Below, one piece after another: positions 17,745 to 28,548 of a stretch of DNA of 32,000 bases. The position numbers and the translations under genes are program-made. The stretch is from the NCBI RefSeq assembly GCF_001618075.1, contig NZ_LAEJ01000024.1; one strand, 5' to 3'. Under the pieces are notes generated by a model. It did no database searches. It worked only from the letters and a program-made list of their open reading frames with translations, and had not been told where the DNA came from. The DNA comes from Neisseria flavescens (GTDB taxonomy: Bacteria; Pseudomonadota; Gammaproteobacteria; Burkholderiales; Neisseriaceae). Within the stretch, counting starts at the first letter, position 1. Every line of letters starts with the position of its first letter.

Positions 17745-19070
17745 TTAAAATCTACATGCATATCGGTCATACATCAGATTCAAATAATCTTGTTCATGCT
17801 TGGCCTCAATGAGCTTCGTCATTTTGTTTTTTTGTTCAATGGCCATTTCAAGTAAAATTTGGGCGGATTCGTTAAGCCATAAACTGCCTTCGGGCTTATC
17901 GTGTATGGCCGGTGCGTGGTTTTCGGTACATGAATAAACTTCAAGGCTTAAGCGTTTGGGCAATAAGTCATGGTCGGCTTCGAACATGGCTAAAATTTCC
18001 GAACGGTCTTTATGCGGAAACATAGATTTCGCAGCATTGATGGCACGGCCGACTTGGTTTTTCGCTACTTCGATGCAGCGTTCAAAGGTCAATTCGAGAT
18101 TCTTTTTCACTGCTTCGATGCGTTTGGCTTTCTCTTGGAATTGGGCGCATACAGGGTATGCACCGCCGAAGTATTCACCCGGAACTGTCAATACTTCGAA
18201 CGGAATCACAATATCCTTGGCTTTGAATTCGATTTCAAAACGCACCCACTGGCTTTCTTTGTCGCCAAGTTGCTTACCTTTTTCATAAACGCGAACGTAT
18301 TTAGACGATTCACGGGAGCCTACATAGTAGGTTTTGCCCTTACCGTTGTTTGATTCCCAATCCGTACCGACTGATTCGCCATCGGGCATCATGTGATGAT
18401 TGGTAAACTTACCGGCGAGCCGGTCGGCTTTGGCCTGTTCAGGCGTGTATTCGCCTTGAAAAAAATCTTTGGCAATGTCGATACGGGTAATTTTGGGACG
18501 TACAGCCTGTATGATGAAGTTATAAAGTCTTGATTCCCAACCGTCAGATGCTGCATTGCAACCTGTGGCTGTGACTTCAATAAGCATGGTATTGTTTTGC
18601 CCACCGAAATGAACTCGGCCATATTGGGCATTGTCTGTACCCATCAACCAGCAGGAATCATAAAAACGACCGCCTGAATGCTTGGCTTTTTCGGTAATAC
18701 CGAAACCAAAAATATCGGCCAAAACCATAGATGCGCGGACGATGTATTCATCATCGGCAACCAATGGATAACCGGCGAGGAGGGAAAAAGTATCTTCGTG
18801 GATTGAAAAACTAATTTGGTCGATAAAAGCAGAATTGGCTTTGCCACGACGCAAAGGCACTTCAATCAGACGACCTTTTGAATCAGTTAAAAAGGTAGTG
18901 TATTTTTCGAAAGTTTCGTGTTCGGTACTCAAAGCCGCCTCGGTTTCTGCTCCCCCCCTGTTAGATAAGGGGGGCGCCATCGGCGCGCGTGAATCCGCCT
19001 TTGGCGTGTCGCTTACGCTGCCACCGCCAAAGGCGGCTATACGCGCTTTTATGTTCAGTTCCTTTTTCAT
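17745..19070 (-). CDS. Rolling-circle replication initiation protein (Rep_trans / RstA / pII-like)
   Basis: 441 aa with the blocks GRVHFGGQNNTMLIEVTATG, ITRIDIAKDF and YVRVYEKG..WVRFEIEFK, characteristic of filamentous-phage replication initiators. Confidence 0.85.
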   Translation of the reverse strand: MKKELNIKARIAAFGGGSVSDTPKADSRAPMAPPLSNRGGAETEAALSTEHETFEKYTTFLTDSKGRLIEVPLRRGKANSAFIDQISFSIHEDTFSLLAGYPLVADDEYIVRASMVLADIFGFGITEKAKHSGGRFYDSCWLMGTDNAQYGRVHFGGQNNTMLIEVTATGCNAASDGWESRLYNFIIQAVRPKITRIDIAKDFFQGEYTPEQAKADRLAGKFTNHHMMPDGESVGTDWESNNGKGKTYYVGSRESSKYVRVYEKGKQLGDKESQWVRFEIEFKAKDIVIPFEVLTVPGEYFGGAYPVCAQFQEKAKRIEAVKKNLELTFERCIEVAKNQVGRAINAAKSMFPHKDRSEILAMFEADHDLLPKRLSLEVYSCTENHAPAIHDKPEGSLWLNESAQILLEMAIEQKNKMTKLIEAKHEQDYLNLMYDRYACRF

Positions 19071-19285
19071 TGGAGATGCTCCTTATTCATGATTCCACTT
19101 ACATATAAACGGCCATATTCATCGGCGGCGTTTTTTGCATGAAAAAGATGATCTGGAGATGAAATAGGGAAATTGATGGTTTTAAGACATTGTGTACGGT
19201 CTTCATCATCTTTGAAGATGCGCACAATAAAAGATTTTGGGAATGTTGGAGGTTCTGGATTTACTGTGTAGAAGACGATGCACAT
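19067..19285 (-). CDS. Small phage protein, first ORF of the module
   Basis: 72-aa ORF whose stop overlaps the Rep start (ATGA overlap at 19067-19070). I recognised no motif. Confidence 0.45.
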   Translation of the reverse strand: MCIVFYTVNPEPPTFPKSFIVRIFKDDEDRTQCLKTINFPISSPDHLFHAKNAADEYGRLYVSGIMNKEHLQ

Positions 19286-19288
19286 AAA

Positions 19289-19313
19289 AAAGCCCCTTTG
19301 TTAAAGGGGCTTT
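19289..19313. other. Perfect 11-bp palindrome at the right prophage edge (terminator-like)
   Basis: aaagccccttt-gtt-aaaggggcttt. On the minus strand it is followed by a T-run and then immediately by the ATG at 19285. Confidence 0.5.
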
Positions 19314-19353
19314 AGTTATGTTAAAAATGCCCCTGTGATAGGGCGCAATATAT

Positions 19354-19386
19354 AAGGCCGTCTGAAACCATATTCAGACGGCCTTT
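19354..19386. terminator. Inverted-DUS terminator downstream of the DUF815 ATPase gene
   Basis: aaggccgtctgaa / ttcagacggcctt inverted repeat with a 6-nt loop. Confidence 0.8.
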
Positions 19387-19397
19387 ACTTTTCAGCC

Positions 19398-20264
19398 TTA
19401 ATCCAACACTCTTTCTTCCGGCAACCGTCCTGCCCAGTCGCAGGCAAACTGCCATGCCGAGCGGCCTGAACGGCTGCCGCGCATTTGCGCCCATTGCAAC
19501 GCGGCTTTGCGCGCGGTATCGTCAAAAGGCACATTGAAATCGTCCAACCAGTTGGCTACGGCGGTCAAATAATCGTTTTGGTCGAAAGGATAAAAACTCA
19601 GCCATAAGCCGAAGCGGTCGGAAAGGGAAATTTTCTCCTCAACGGCTTCCTTCTGATGGATTTCGCCGCGAGTGCCCGTCGTACCGCTGTTTTCATCCAT
19701 GTATTCGGGAATTAAATGACGGCGGTTGGAAGTGGCATAAACCAAAACATTGGTGCACCGTTGCGACAGTCCGCCATCCAAAGCGGTTTTCAAGGCTTTA
19801 TAGGTTTCATCGCCGGTTTCAAACGACAAATCATCGCAGAAGACGATAAATTTCTCAGGACGTTCGGACAACAACGTCAACAAAGCCGGCAAGCTGACCA
19901 AATCGCTTTTATCCACTTCAATCAGTCGCAGGCCGCGCTCGGCGTATTCGTGCAACAACGCTTTAACCAAGGAAGATTTGCCCGTACCGCGCGCGCCGGT
20001 CATCAAGACATTATTGGCCGGACGGCCTGCCAAAAATTGCTCGGTATTGCGTTTCAGCCTGTCGGTTTGCGAACCGACTGCCGCCAATCGGCTCAAAGGA
20101 AACGTATGCGGACGCGGCAGGCTTTCTAAAATGCCTTTTTTGCCCACGCTGTGCCAACGGTAGGCAAGCGCCTGCCAGTCGGTTTTTCCCGGCTCGTCAG
20201 GCAGGATTAAATCCAAATGGTTTAAAACGGAATAGGCTTTTTTTAAAAATTCGGATAATTTCAT
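19398..20264 (-). CDS. DUF815-family AAA-type ATPase
   Basis: 288 aa with Walker A (GARGTGKSSLVKA) and Walker B (FIVFCDDLSF). The overall layout matches the conserved bacterial DUF815 ATP-binding proteins. Confidence 0.75.
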   Translation of the reverse strand: MKLSEFLKKAYSVLNHLDLILPDEPGKTDWQALAYRWHSVGKKGILESLPRPHTFPLSRLAAVGSQTDRLKRNTEQFLAGRPANNVLMTGARGTGKSSLVKALLHEYAERGLRLIEVDKSDLVSLPALLTLLSERPEKFIVFCDDLSFETGDETYKALKTALDGGLSQRCTNVLVYATSNRRHLIPEYMDENSGTTGTRGEIHQKEAVEEKISLSDRFGLWLSFYPFDQNDYLTAVANWLDDFNVPFDDTARKAALQWAQMRGSRSGRSAWQFACDWAGRLPEERVLD

Positions 20265-20279
20265 TTTTACTTTCTTCTT

Positions 20280-20894
20280 TCAGACGGCCTTTTGCGCCAA
20301 CACACGCATCACGGTATCGACAACGGCTTGGGTTTGCGGATCGATTTCAATATTGATGAGGTCGCCTTCTTTACGGCTGCCAAACAGGGTACGCTCCAAA
20401 GTCTCCGGAATCAGGTGTACGCAAAATTCGCTGTCGCCGACTTCGCCTATGGTCAGGCTGCAACCGTCCAAACCGACAAAGCCTTTGGTCAGGATATAGG
20501 GCTTGAGGTTTTCCGGCAGCTCAAACCAAACTGTACGGTTGAACTCGCTGGATTCGATACGGGAAATTCGGGTAACCGCCATCACATGGCCGCTCATCAC
20601 ATGGCCGCCGATTTCATCGCCAAACCGCGCCGCGCGCTCCAAATTGACACTGTCGCCGACTTTCAAGCTGCCGAGGTTGGTTTTGCGTAAGGTTTCGTCC
20701 ATCAAATCAAAGCTGACTTTGTTACCGTCGATTCGGGTAATGGTCAGGCAGCAGCCGTTGTTGGCGACAGAGGCGCCGGTTTGCAGATTGTCGGCGATTT
20801 CGGGGGGCAGCTCGACAGTGTGGGTACGAAAGTCGGGCGAAGGTTGGGCGATGTCTGTAATTTTGCCCATACCTTGTACGATGCCTGTAAACAT
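20280..20894 (-). CDS. ribE: Riboflavin synthase
   Basis: Starts MFTGIVQG (ATG at 20894, not 20951). [20 protein letters not shown] and [12 protein letters not shown] are near-identical to E. coli RibC/RibE motifs. Confidence 0.9.
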   Translation of the reverse strand: MFTGIVQGMGKITDIAQPSPDFRTHTVELPPEIADNLQTGASVANNGCCLTITRIDGNKVSFDLMDETLRKTNLGSLKVGDSVNLERAARFGDEIGGHVMSGHVMAVTRISRIESSEFNRTVWFELPENLKPYILTKGFVGLDGCSLTIGEVGDSEFCVHLIPETLERTLFGSRKEGDLINIEIDPQTQAVVDTVMRVLAQKAV

Positions 20895-21019
20895 GATGTC
20901 TTCTTTCCGATGGTACGATAAGGCGGATATTGTAGCATTTTCCAGGCACAAAGGCCGTCTGAAAGCGGTGATGGCGATGGTTTGGGGTATAATCGGACTT
21001 TTATTTCCGCAGCCCGATC

Positions 21020-21865
21020 ATGCTCAGCTACCGCCACGCCTTCCATGCCGGCAACCATGCCGATATACTCAAGCACTTCACCCTCTTCCTCGTCCTCGAA
21101 TATTTCAACCGCAAAGACAAGCCCTATTGGTATATCGATACGCACAGCGGTGCCGGTTTGTATGATTTGAGCGGCGATGAAGCGCAAAAAGTCGGCGAAT
21201 ACAAACAAGGCATTGCACTCTTGGAACAAGCTGACAAGCTGCCTGCCGAATTGGCCGAATTTGTAGGCCGTCTGAAACAAATACTGCCGCAAGACAACCT
21301 TTACTGCGGCTCGCCTTGGCTGGCACAGGCGCTCACGCGCGACAGCGACAAAATGCGCCTCTTTGAGCTGCATCCTGCCGATTTTGTCCATTTGCAAAAC
21401 AATATGCGTAAAGTCCATCCGCCGCGCAAAGTACAAGTCAGCCAAGCGGACGGTTATCAGGGCCTGATTTCACTCTTGCCTCCTCCTCCCCGCCGCGCCA
21501 CCGTCTTGATTGATCCGCCTTACGAAGAAAAACAGGACTACCGCCGTGTCGTCCAAGTCTTGAAAGATGCTTTAAAACGCTTTGAAACCGGCTGCTACAT
21601 GGTTTGGTATCCCTGCTTGAGCCGTGAAGAAAGCCGCAAACTGCCGGACGAACTCAAAAAAATTGCTCCCGACAATTATCTGCACGCCGAGCTTCATGTC
21701 CATACGCCGCGCAACGACGGCTTCGGTATGCACGGCAGCGGCATGTTCGTCATCAATCCGCCTTATATGCTTGCCGAACAGTTGCAAAACAATCTGCCCG
21801 AACTTTCCAAAATTTTGGCGCAAGATGCCGGCGCGCATTATGTATTGGAAAGCAAAACGAAATAA
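21020..21865 (+). CDS. rlmJ: 23S rRNA (adenine2030-N6)-methyltransferase RlmJ
   Basis: MLSYRHAFHAGNHADILKH.. N-terminus and the DPPYE catalytic motif. Confidence 0.9.
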   Translation: MLSYRHAFHAGNHADILKHFTLFLVLEYFNRKDKPYWYIDTHSGAGLYDLSGDEAQKVGEYKQGIALLEQADKLPAELAEFVGRLKQILPQDNLYCGSPWLAQALTRDSDKMRLFELHPADFVHLQNNMRKVHPPRKVQVSQADGYQGLISLLPPPPRRATVLIDPPYEEKQDYRRVVQVLKDALKRFETGCYMVWYPCLSREESRKLPDELKKIAPDNYLHAELHVHTPRNDGFGMHGSGMFVINPPYMLAEQLQNNLPELSKILAQDAGAHYVLESKTK

Positions 21866-21995
21866 ACGCGGCCGTCTGAATGCATACCCAAGCGCTTCGA
21901 TTTTGCCGCCACACCTGCTCAGACGGCCTTAACCCTTTATACTTAAGCCTTTTTCCACTACAATTCACAACATAACAATTAACGACCGTCCACTC

Positions 21996-22349
21996 ATGAA
22001 TATACGCATACCCCTAGCCTGCACGCTCCTGCTTTGCGCGTGCAGCGAATCAGTAAAAAACGAATTTAAAGAAGAATTTACCCAAAGTTTCCGCACCGAA
22101 TTTGTCCGCTCGGCAACCGAAGCCTGCGTAGAAAAAGCCGCAGGAAAAAGCCCGTTTGATTCCGCGACCACTGAAAAAATCTGCCGCTGTATCGGCGAAA
22201 AAACAGTCGACCAAATCAATCCTGAAGAAGCGACATCGCTTTTGGGCGGCAGCGACTCCATGAGTGACGAGCTGAAAAAACGCATCAAAGACACCAGCAT
22301 CGCCTGCACAAAAGAAGTTTTAGGCATGGCCGAGAGCAAAACCAAATGA
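21996..22349 (+). CDS. Small lipoprotein of unknown function
   Basis: 117 aa with signal peptide and lipobox (LLLCAC). Confidence 0.7.
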   Translation: MNIRIPLACTLLLCACSESVKNEFKEEFTQSFRTEFVRSATEACVEKAAGKSPFDSATTEKICRCIGEKTVDQINPEEATSLLGGSDSMSDELKKRIKDTSIACTKEVLGMAESKTK

Positions 22350-22416
22350 ACACGCCGTTTTCAGACGGCCTGAAATTGAAAAATATTCGATTCAAACTTA
22401 GGAAAAGAGTGAAACC

Positions 22417-23391
22417 ATGAAGACACTGAACCAATTCTTAGCCCAACACCTGCCCGAACACAAACTGCCGCAAGAGCTGGCGAGCGTATTGGAATCCGTA
22501 GCCGCCGCCTGTTTGGACATCAACGCCAAAGTCCGCCTCGGCGCGCTTTCCGGCGTTTTGGGCATGGCAGGTACCGGCAACATCCAAGGCGAAGACCAAA
22601 AGAAACTTGACGTCATCGCCAACAACATCATGATTGATGTTTTAAAAGCCAATGCCAACATCGCAGGCCTTGCCAGCGAAGAAGAAGACACCTATGTCGC
22701 CACACACGAAAACGGCGGCTATTTGGTATTGTTTGACCCGTTGGACGGCTCTTCCAATATCGACGTCAACATCTCCGTCGGTACCATCTTCTCCGTCTTG
22801 GCGAAACCTGAAGGCGCATTGACTACCGAATCCTTCCTGCAAAAAGGCCGCGACCAAGTAGCCGCAGGTTATGTTTTATACGGTCCGCAAACCCAACTGG
22901 TACTGACTGTCGGTCACGGCGTATTCGTCTTCACTTTGGACGATGCCAACCAATTCCTGCTGACCAAAGAAAATCCGCGCGTTCCCGAGTCTACTAAAGA
23001 ATTCGCCATCAATATGTCCAACCAAAGACATTGGTTCGCCCCTGTTCAACAATACATTGATGAATTACTGGCAGGCGAAACCGGCGTACGCGGCAAAAAC
23101 TACAATATGCGCTGGGTAGCCAGCATGGTTGCCGAAATCCACCGCATCCTGATGCGCGGCGGCGTATTCATGTATCCGCAAGACAAACGCGACCCATCCA
23201 AACCGGGCAAACTGCGCCTGATGTACGAAGCCAACCCGATGAGCCTGATTATGGAACAAGCCGGCGGCGCATCAAACGACGCCATCGAAGCCATGCTCGA
23301 CATACAACCTACCGGCCTGCACCAACGTGTTGCCGTATTCATGGGCAGCCGCGAAGAAGTGGAATACGTTTATAATCTGCATCAAAAATAA
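22417..23391 (+). CDS. fbp: Fructose-1,6-bisphosphatase class 1
   Basis: 324 aa. [26 protein letters not shown] and [12 protein letters not shown] are canonical Fbp motifs. Confidence 0.95.
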   Translation: MKTLNQFLAQHLPEHKLPQELASVLESVAAACLDINAKVRLGALSGVLGMAGTGNIQGEDQKKLDVIANNIMIDVLKANANIAGLASEEEDTYVATHENGGYLVLFDPLDGSSNIDVNISVGTIFSVLAKPEGALTTESFLQKGRDQVAAGYVLYGPQTQLVLTVGHGVFVFTLDDANQFLLTKENPRVPESTKEFAINMSNQRHWFAPVQQYIDELLAGETGVRGKNYNMRWVASMVAEIHRILMRGGVFMYPQDKRDPSKPGKLRLMYEANPMSLIMEQAGGASNDAIEAMLDIQPTGLHQRVAVFMGSREEVEYVYNLHQK

Positions 23392-23416
23392 TCAGATATA
23401 TTGATTTCAAACCCCA

Positions 23417-23454
23417 AAAGGCCGTCTGAAATATGATTTTCAGACGGCCTTTTG
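23417..23454. terminator. Bidirectional inverted-DUS terminator between fbp and rfaF
   Basis: aaaaggccgtctgaaa / tttcagacggcctttt inverted repeat. Confidence 0.85.
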
Positions 23455-23533
23455 TTAAAAAATAGAAAAAATGAAAAATCAAAAGGCAAACTCAAATCTG
23501 CCCTTTGCTGTTTTCCATCTAATCTTTATTGGA

Positions 23534-24553
23534 TTACGCCGCACGAGCCAGCTCTTCCGCTGCTTTTTGCACCATATCCGGCGTCAGCTTGTTCAAACAA
23601 TCTGTATGCCCTAACGGACATTCGCGCTTAAAACAAGGTGAGCAATCCAAATTCAAACTGACGATTTTTGCCTTTTGGCTTAGAGGCGGCGTATGGTCAG
23701 GGCTGGATGAGCCGTAAACCGCAACCAATTTCCGATCAAGCGCGGCCGCAAGGTGCATCAGACCGCTGTCGTTGCACACAACCGTATCGGCGCAAGACAA
23801 CAGATCAATCGCCTCCGGAAGATTGGTTTTACCGCAAAGATTGGTACACAGGCCGTCTGAAAGTCGGTTGATTTCATCTGCAATATCAAAATCTTTTTGC
23901 GAACCAAACAGCCAAACTTGCCAACCTTCAGCCAAATAGCGGCGGCCGAGTTCGGCAAAATGACGCGCAGGCCAACGCTTGGCCGGGCCATATTCCGCAC
24001 CGGGACAAAATGCCAAAATCGGTTTATCCGTCGTCAAACCATATTTTTCCAAAGCGGCTTGACGGCTTTCAGGATCAATCGTGAAACAGGGATTATCGGA
24101 ATGCCCGTTAAAATCTGCTTGGGTCGGATGCGCCAGCGCAGTATAGCGGTCAACCATCAGAGGCAATGCGGCCTTATCCAACTTGCGGATATCGTTCAGC
24201 AAAAAATAGCGCGACTCGCCGACATAGCCCGTACGCTGCTTAATGCCCGTAGCCAAGGCAATAATCGCGGATTTGAGCGAACCGGGCAAAACAATCACTT
24301 GATCATAGCCTTCTTTTCCCAATTCACGCCCGATACGCCAGCGTTTTTTCAATTCCAATGCACCATGTCCAAACGGATTTTCCATCACACGGTTGATTTC
24401 AGGCATGCGCTCAAATACGGCCATCGACCATTTGGGCGCAAAAGCATCAATAGTGCAGCCGGGATGCAGCTCATGCAAACGGCGATAAAGCGGTTGGGTC
24501 ATGACGCAGTCACCAATCCAGCTTGGGGTAATAATCAGGATTTTTTTGGACAT
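23534..24553 (-). CDS. rfaF: ADP-heptose:LPS heptosyltransferase II
   Basis: 339 aa GT9 protein. The N-terminus is KILIITPSWIGDCVMTQPL and the C-terminal block is NDSGLMHLAAAL..VAVYGSSSP. Confidence 0.9.
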   Translation of the reverse strand: MSKKILIITPSWIGDCVMTQPLYRRLHELHPGCTIDAFAPKWSMAVFERMPEINRVMENPFGHGALELKKRWRIGRELGKEGYDQVIVLPGSLKSAIIALATGIKQRTGYVGESRYFLLNDIRKLDKAALPLMVDRYTALAHPTQADFNGHSDNPCFTIDPESRQAALEKYGLTTDKPILAFCPGAEYGPAKRWPARHFAELGRRYLAEGWQVWLFGSQKDFDIADEINRLSDGLCTNLCGKTNLPEAIDLLSCADTVVCNDSGLMHLAAALDRKLVAVYGSSSPDHTPPLSQKAKIVSLNLDCSPCFKRECPLGHTDCLNKLTPDMVQKAAEELARAA

Positions 24554-24804
24554 AATGGAATGTGTTTTTAATTTTGGCTTATTGTAATACGATTTTTAAA
24601 AGGCCGTCTGAAACTTGATTTAATCGCTCAGTTTAAAACGTACTAGTTGATACATGTTATTTCAACAGATGAACCCTGGTTTGAGCGTATTAAGCGTTTG
24701 TCTTCCCAATTTATCCGGCAAGTTCTGCAAATACCCAACCTGAAACACCAGACCAAACGGCGGCAAGCAATATTCTCTTCATTTTTAAAACCTTATAAAA
24801 ACAG

Positions 24805-24839
24805 AAAGGCCGTCTGAAATATTTTCAGACGACCTTTTT
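24805..24839. terminator. DUS-derived hairpin terminator downstream of guaB
   Basis: aaaggccgtctgaaa / tttcagacgaccttt with one mismatch in the stem. Confidence 0.8.
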
Positions 24840-24847
24840 ATAGTGGT

Positions 24848-26353
<1,506 letters not shown>

Positions 26354-26502
26354 TCACACCGGCTTGATGCTAACATTGGCAATACACGTTTTAACGTTAT
26401 TTTTTTACATGATTTGATTTGGCGTACAAAAATATGCCAACGCATTGCAGTTTCAAGTAAAATAAGCCGCATGAGAACATCATTTACATAAAAGGGAAAC
26501 CC

Positions 26503-26928
26503 ATGAAATCTTCCGTACTCAAAACCTGTCTGATAGCAGCCCTTCTCTCTTCCGCCGCCCTGACCGGCGCGGCTGAGGTTTACACTTGGAAAGGCGCGTC
26601 GGGCAACAACTATTCCGATACGCCAAACCGCCTGCAACCGAAGCGTTCCGGTGTGGTCAACATCCGCACGCACAACGTCAAACCTGCCGTTGCGCCTGCT
26701 GTTGCAGCATCTGAACCGGTTACCGAGCAGCCCAACGAACAGGTTGCGGAACAAAACAAACAAATTGAAGAGCGCAATAAAAAAATCGAAGAGCAAAACC
26801 GCCAAAACAAGCTGGAAAACTGCAAAATCGCCAAAATAAACCGCCAAGTCGCCGAAAGCGCACGCTTGGCCAATCGCGACAGCCTGATTAAACAATACCA
26901 AAACGACGTCAATAAATACTGCAATTAA
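26503..26928 (+). CDS. Secreted DUF4124-type protein with coiled-coil tail
   Basis: A signal peptide is followed by VYTWKGASGNNYSDTP (DUF4124-like beta hairpin), then a Gln/Glu/Lys/Asn-rich helical region. Confidence 0.65.
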   Translation: MKSSVLKTCLIAALLSSAALTGAAEVYTWKGASGNNYSDTPNRLQPKRSGVVNIRTHNVKPAVAPAVAASEPVTEQPNEQVAEQNKQIEERNKKIEEQNRQNKLENCKIAKINRQVAESARLANRDSLIKQYQNDVNKYCN

Positions 26929-26950
26929 GCTCTCGAATAACAATATCAAA

Positions 26951-26990
26951 AAGGCCGTCTGAAATTTAATTTCAGACGGCCTTCATTTTT
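26951..26990. terminator. Bidirectional inverted-DUS terminator
   Basis: aaggccgtctgaaat / atttcagacggcctt followed by a T-run, between convergent genes. Confidence 0.85.
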
Positions 26991-26997
26991 CAGCCTA

Positions 26998-28335
26998 TCA
27001 ATAATACAGTTGAACCAACAACAAACCGAAAGCCAGACTAAATGCCATGCTCAACAGGCCCGGAATCATGAAGCTGTGGTTGAAGATAAATTTGCCGATT
27101 TTGGTCGAGCCGGTTGTATCAAAGTCGATAGCGGCAATAATCGGACCGTAGTTCGGAATGAAGAAATAGCCGTTTACCGCAACAAATGTGCCGATAACGA
27201 TGGGCGCAGGAATACCCAGTTTGATGGCGATTGGAAATAGCGTTGCCACTGTCGCGCCTTGACTATTGACCAATACCGACAAGACAAACAGGGCAAAGGC
27301 AAAGGTCCATGGTGCAGATTCAACCAAATGGCTGACGGTCGATTCCACTTCTGTTAAGTGGCCGTTCATCAAGGTATCGCCCAACCAAGCCACGCCAAAT
27401 ACTGCAATCACGGCACGCATACCGGCATGGAATACCGAACCTCGGGTAATCGCATCGCCATTGGGTTTACACGCCAAGATAATCAGTGCAGAAGCAGACA
27501 ACATCACGATTTCAATCGTATGCGCCATGCCCATAGGCTTGATCGCGCCATCGTGTTCAAAAGCCGGACGCAGCTCTGGCAGCGCACCCATCACGACCAC
27601 CAGCAATGTCGCAGTCAAGAAAATACCGACCGACAATTTGGCTTTCGGCGAAATGGCGACATCGGTTTGTTGTTCCTCCACATCGATGTATTCTTTCACA
27701 TAGTTCGGGTCTTTCAGTAAAGCCTGATAATACGGATCGTCTTTCAATTCTTTGCCCAGTTTGTTTACGAACACGCAAGCCAAACCGATACCCAAAATCG
27801 TGGATGGAACGGTAACTTTCAACACATCCGCCATCGTGATGTGTTGCGGCTCAAGCATGGTGACGCAGGCAACAACGGCGGCGGCAATCGGGCTGGCGAC
27901 AATCGCAAATTGGGAAGCGATAACCGCCATCGTCAGCGGACGGGAAGGACGGATGCCATTGCGACGGCTGACTTCGGCAATCACGGGCAAGACCGAGTAA
28001 GCCACATGGCCCGTACCTGCCAATACGGTAAAGGTGTAAGTTACCGCCGGTGCGATAAAGGTGATGTATTTCGGATTGCGGTGCAACACGCGGGTAGCAA
28101 TCTTAATCATATAGTCCAAACCGCCGCTGGCCTGCATCGCCGCCGCGGCAGATACTACCGCCATAATCATCAGCATCACATCAATCGGCGGGCTGGTCGG
28201 TTGAAGATGGAAACCAAAAGACAATACAGCCAAGCCGATACCGCCGAGCACGCCCAAACCAATACCGCCAACCTGCGCACCAATCAGGATACACAGCAGC
28301 ACAATAGCAAACTGGATAAAAAACATAGTTGACAT
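26998..28335 (-). CDS. Anaerobic C4-dicarboxylate transporter, DcuA/DcuB family
   Basis: About 445 aa, polytopic. The N-terminus [24 protein letters not shown] resembles E. coli DcuA/DcuB. I place the start at the ATG at 28335, which has a GGGAG RBS; the track start at 28347 is a TTG inside that RBS. Confidence 0.85.
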   Translation of the reverse strand: MSTMFFIQFAIVLLCILIGAQVGGIGLGVLGGIGLAVLSFGFHLQPTSPPIDVMLMIMAVVSAAAAMQASGGLDYMIKIATRVLHRNPKYITFIAPAVTYTFTVLAGTGHVAYSVLPVIAEVSRRNGIRPSRPLTMAVIASQFAIVASPIAAAVVACVTMLEPQHITMADVLKVTVPSTILGIGLACVFVNKLGKELKDDPYYQALLKDPNYVKEYIDVEEQQTDVAISPKAKLSVGIFLTATLLVVVMGALPELRPAFEHDGAIKPMGMAHTIEIVMLSASALIILACKPNGDAITRGSVFHAGMRAVIAVFGVAWLGDTLMNGHLTEVESTVSHLVESAPWTFAFALFVLSVLVNSQGATVATLFPIAIKLGIPAPIVIGTFVAVNGYFFIPNYGPIIAAIDFDTTGSTKIGKFIFNHSFMIPGLLSMAFSLAFGLLLVQLYY

Positions 28336-28496
28336 CACAACTCCCAAAATCCGGCCTTCGCCGAAATAAAATTACAAACGGTTGGATTATAGAGTAAACC
28401 CTCTTCCCTAACCATACTTTACCTAATTATACATACTGATCTACATCAAATAAATAATATTCTCATTTAAGCGCTAGGTTTTTAAAAATACAAAAG

Positions 28497-28527
28497 AGGC
28501 CGTCTGAAAATTTTCAGACGGCCTTTA
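28497..28527. terminator. Inverted-DUS terminator downstream of the glycosyltransferase gene
   Basis: aggccgtctgaaaa / ttttcagacggcct perfect inverted repeat followed by a T-run. Confidence 0.85.
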
Positions 28528-28548
28528 TGATTCAAAAAGATGATAAGG

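Larger units (their letters stand above)
11700..19320 (-). mobile_element. Integrated filamentous (Inovirus, Neisseria Nf/MDA-like) prophage; boundaries approximate
   Basis: A co-directional, tightly packed module runs Rep, small ORFs, pVIII-like coat, pIII-like, pVI-like, Zot/pI, then an IS110-type recombinase. The block is visibly more AT-rich than its flanks and contains one DUS, against roughly one per kb outside. Confidence 0.85.

Noticed and set aside
11548-19400. Canonical dRS3 repeats (ATTCCC-N8-GGGAAT) flanking the prophage, as expected for Nf/MDA phages.
   Set aside because: No exact dRS3 is visible at either end. The only candidates are a CCC-N8-GGG palindrome at 19329-19344 and an inverted-orientation gcGGGAgtTCCCgc at 12878-12891. 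Exact att sites therefore cannot be called from this window alone.
24711-24782. 23-aa minus-strand ORF MKRILLAAVWSGVSGWVFAELAG* between guaB and rfaF, with a weak AAGG upstream.
   Set aside because: It looks like a lone signal-peptide-like segment with no mature part. I have no conservation evidence, so it is indistinguishable from a chance ORF.
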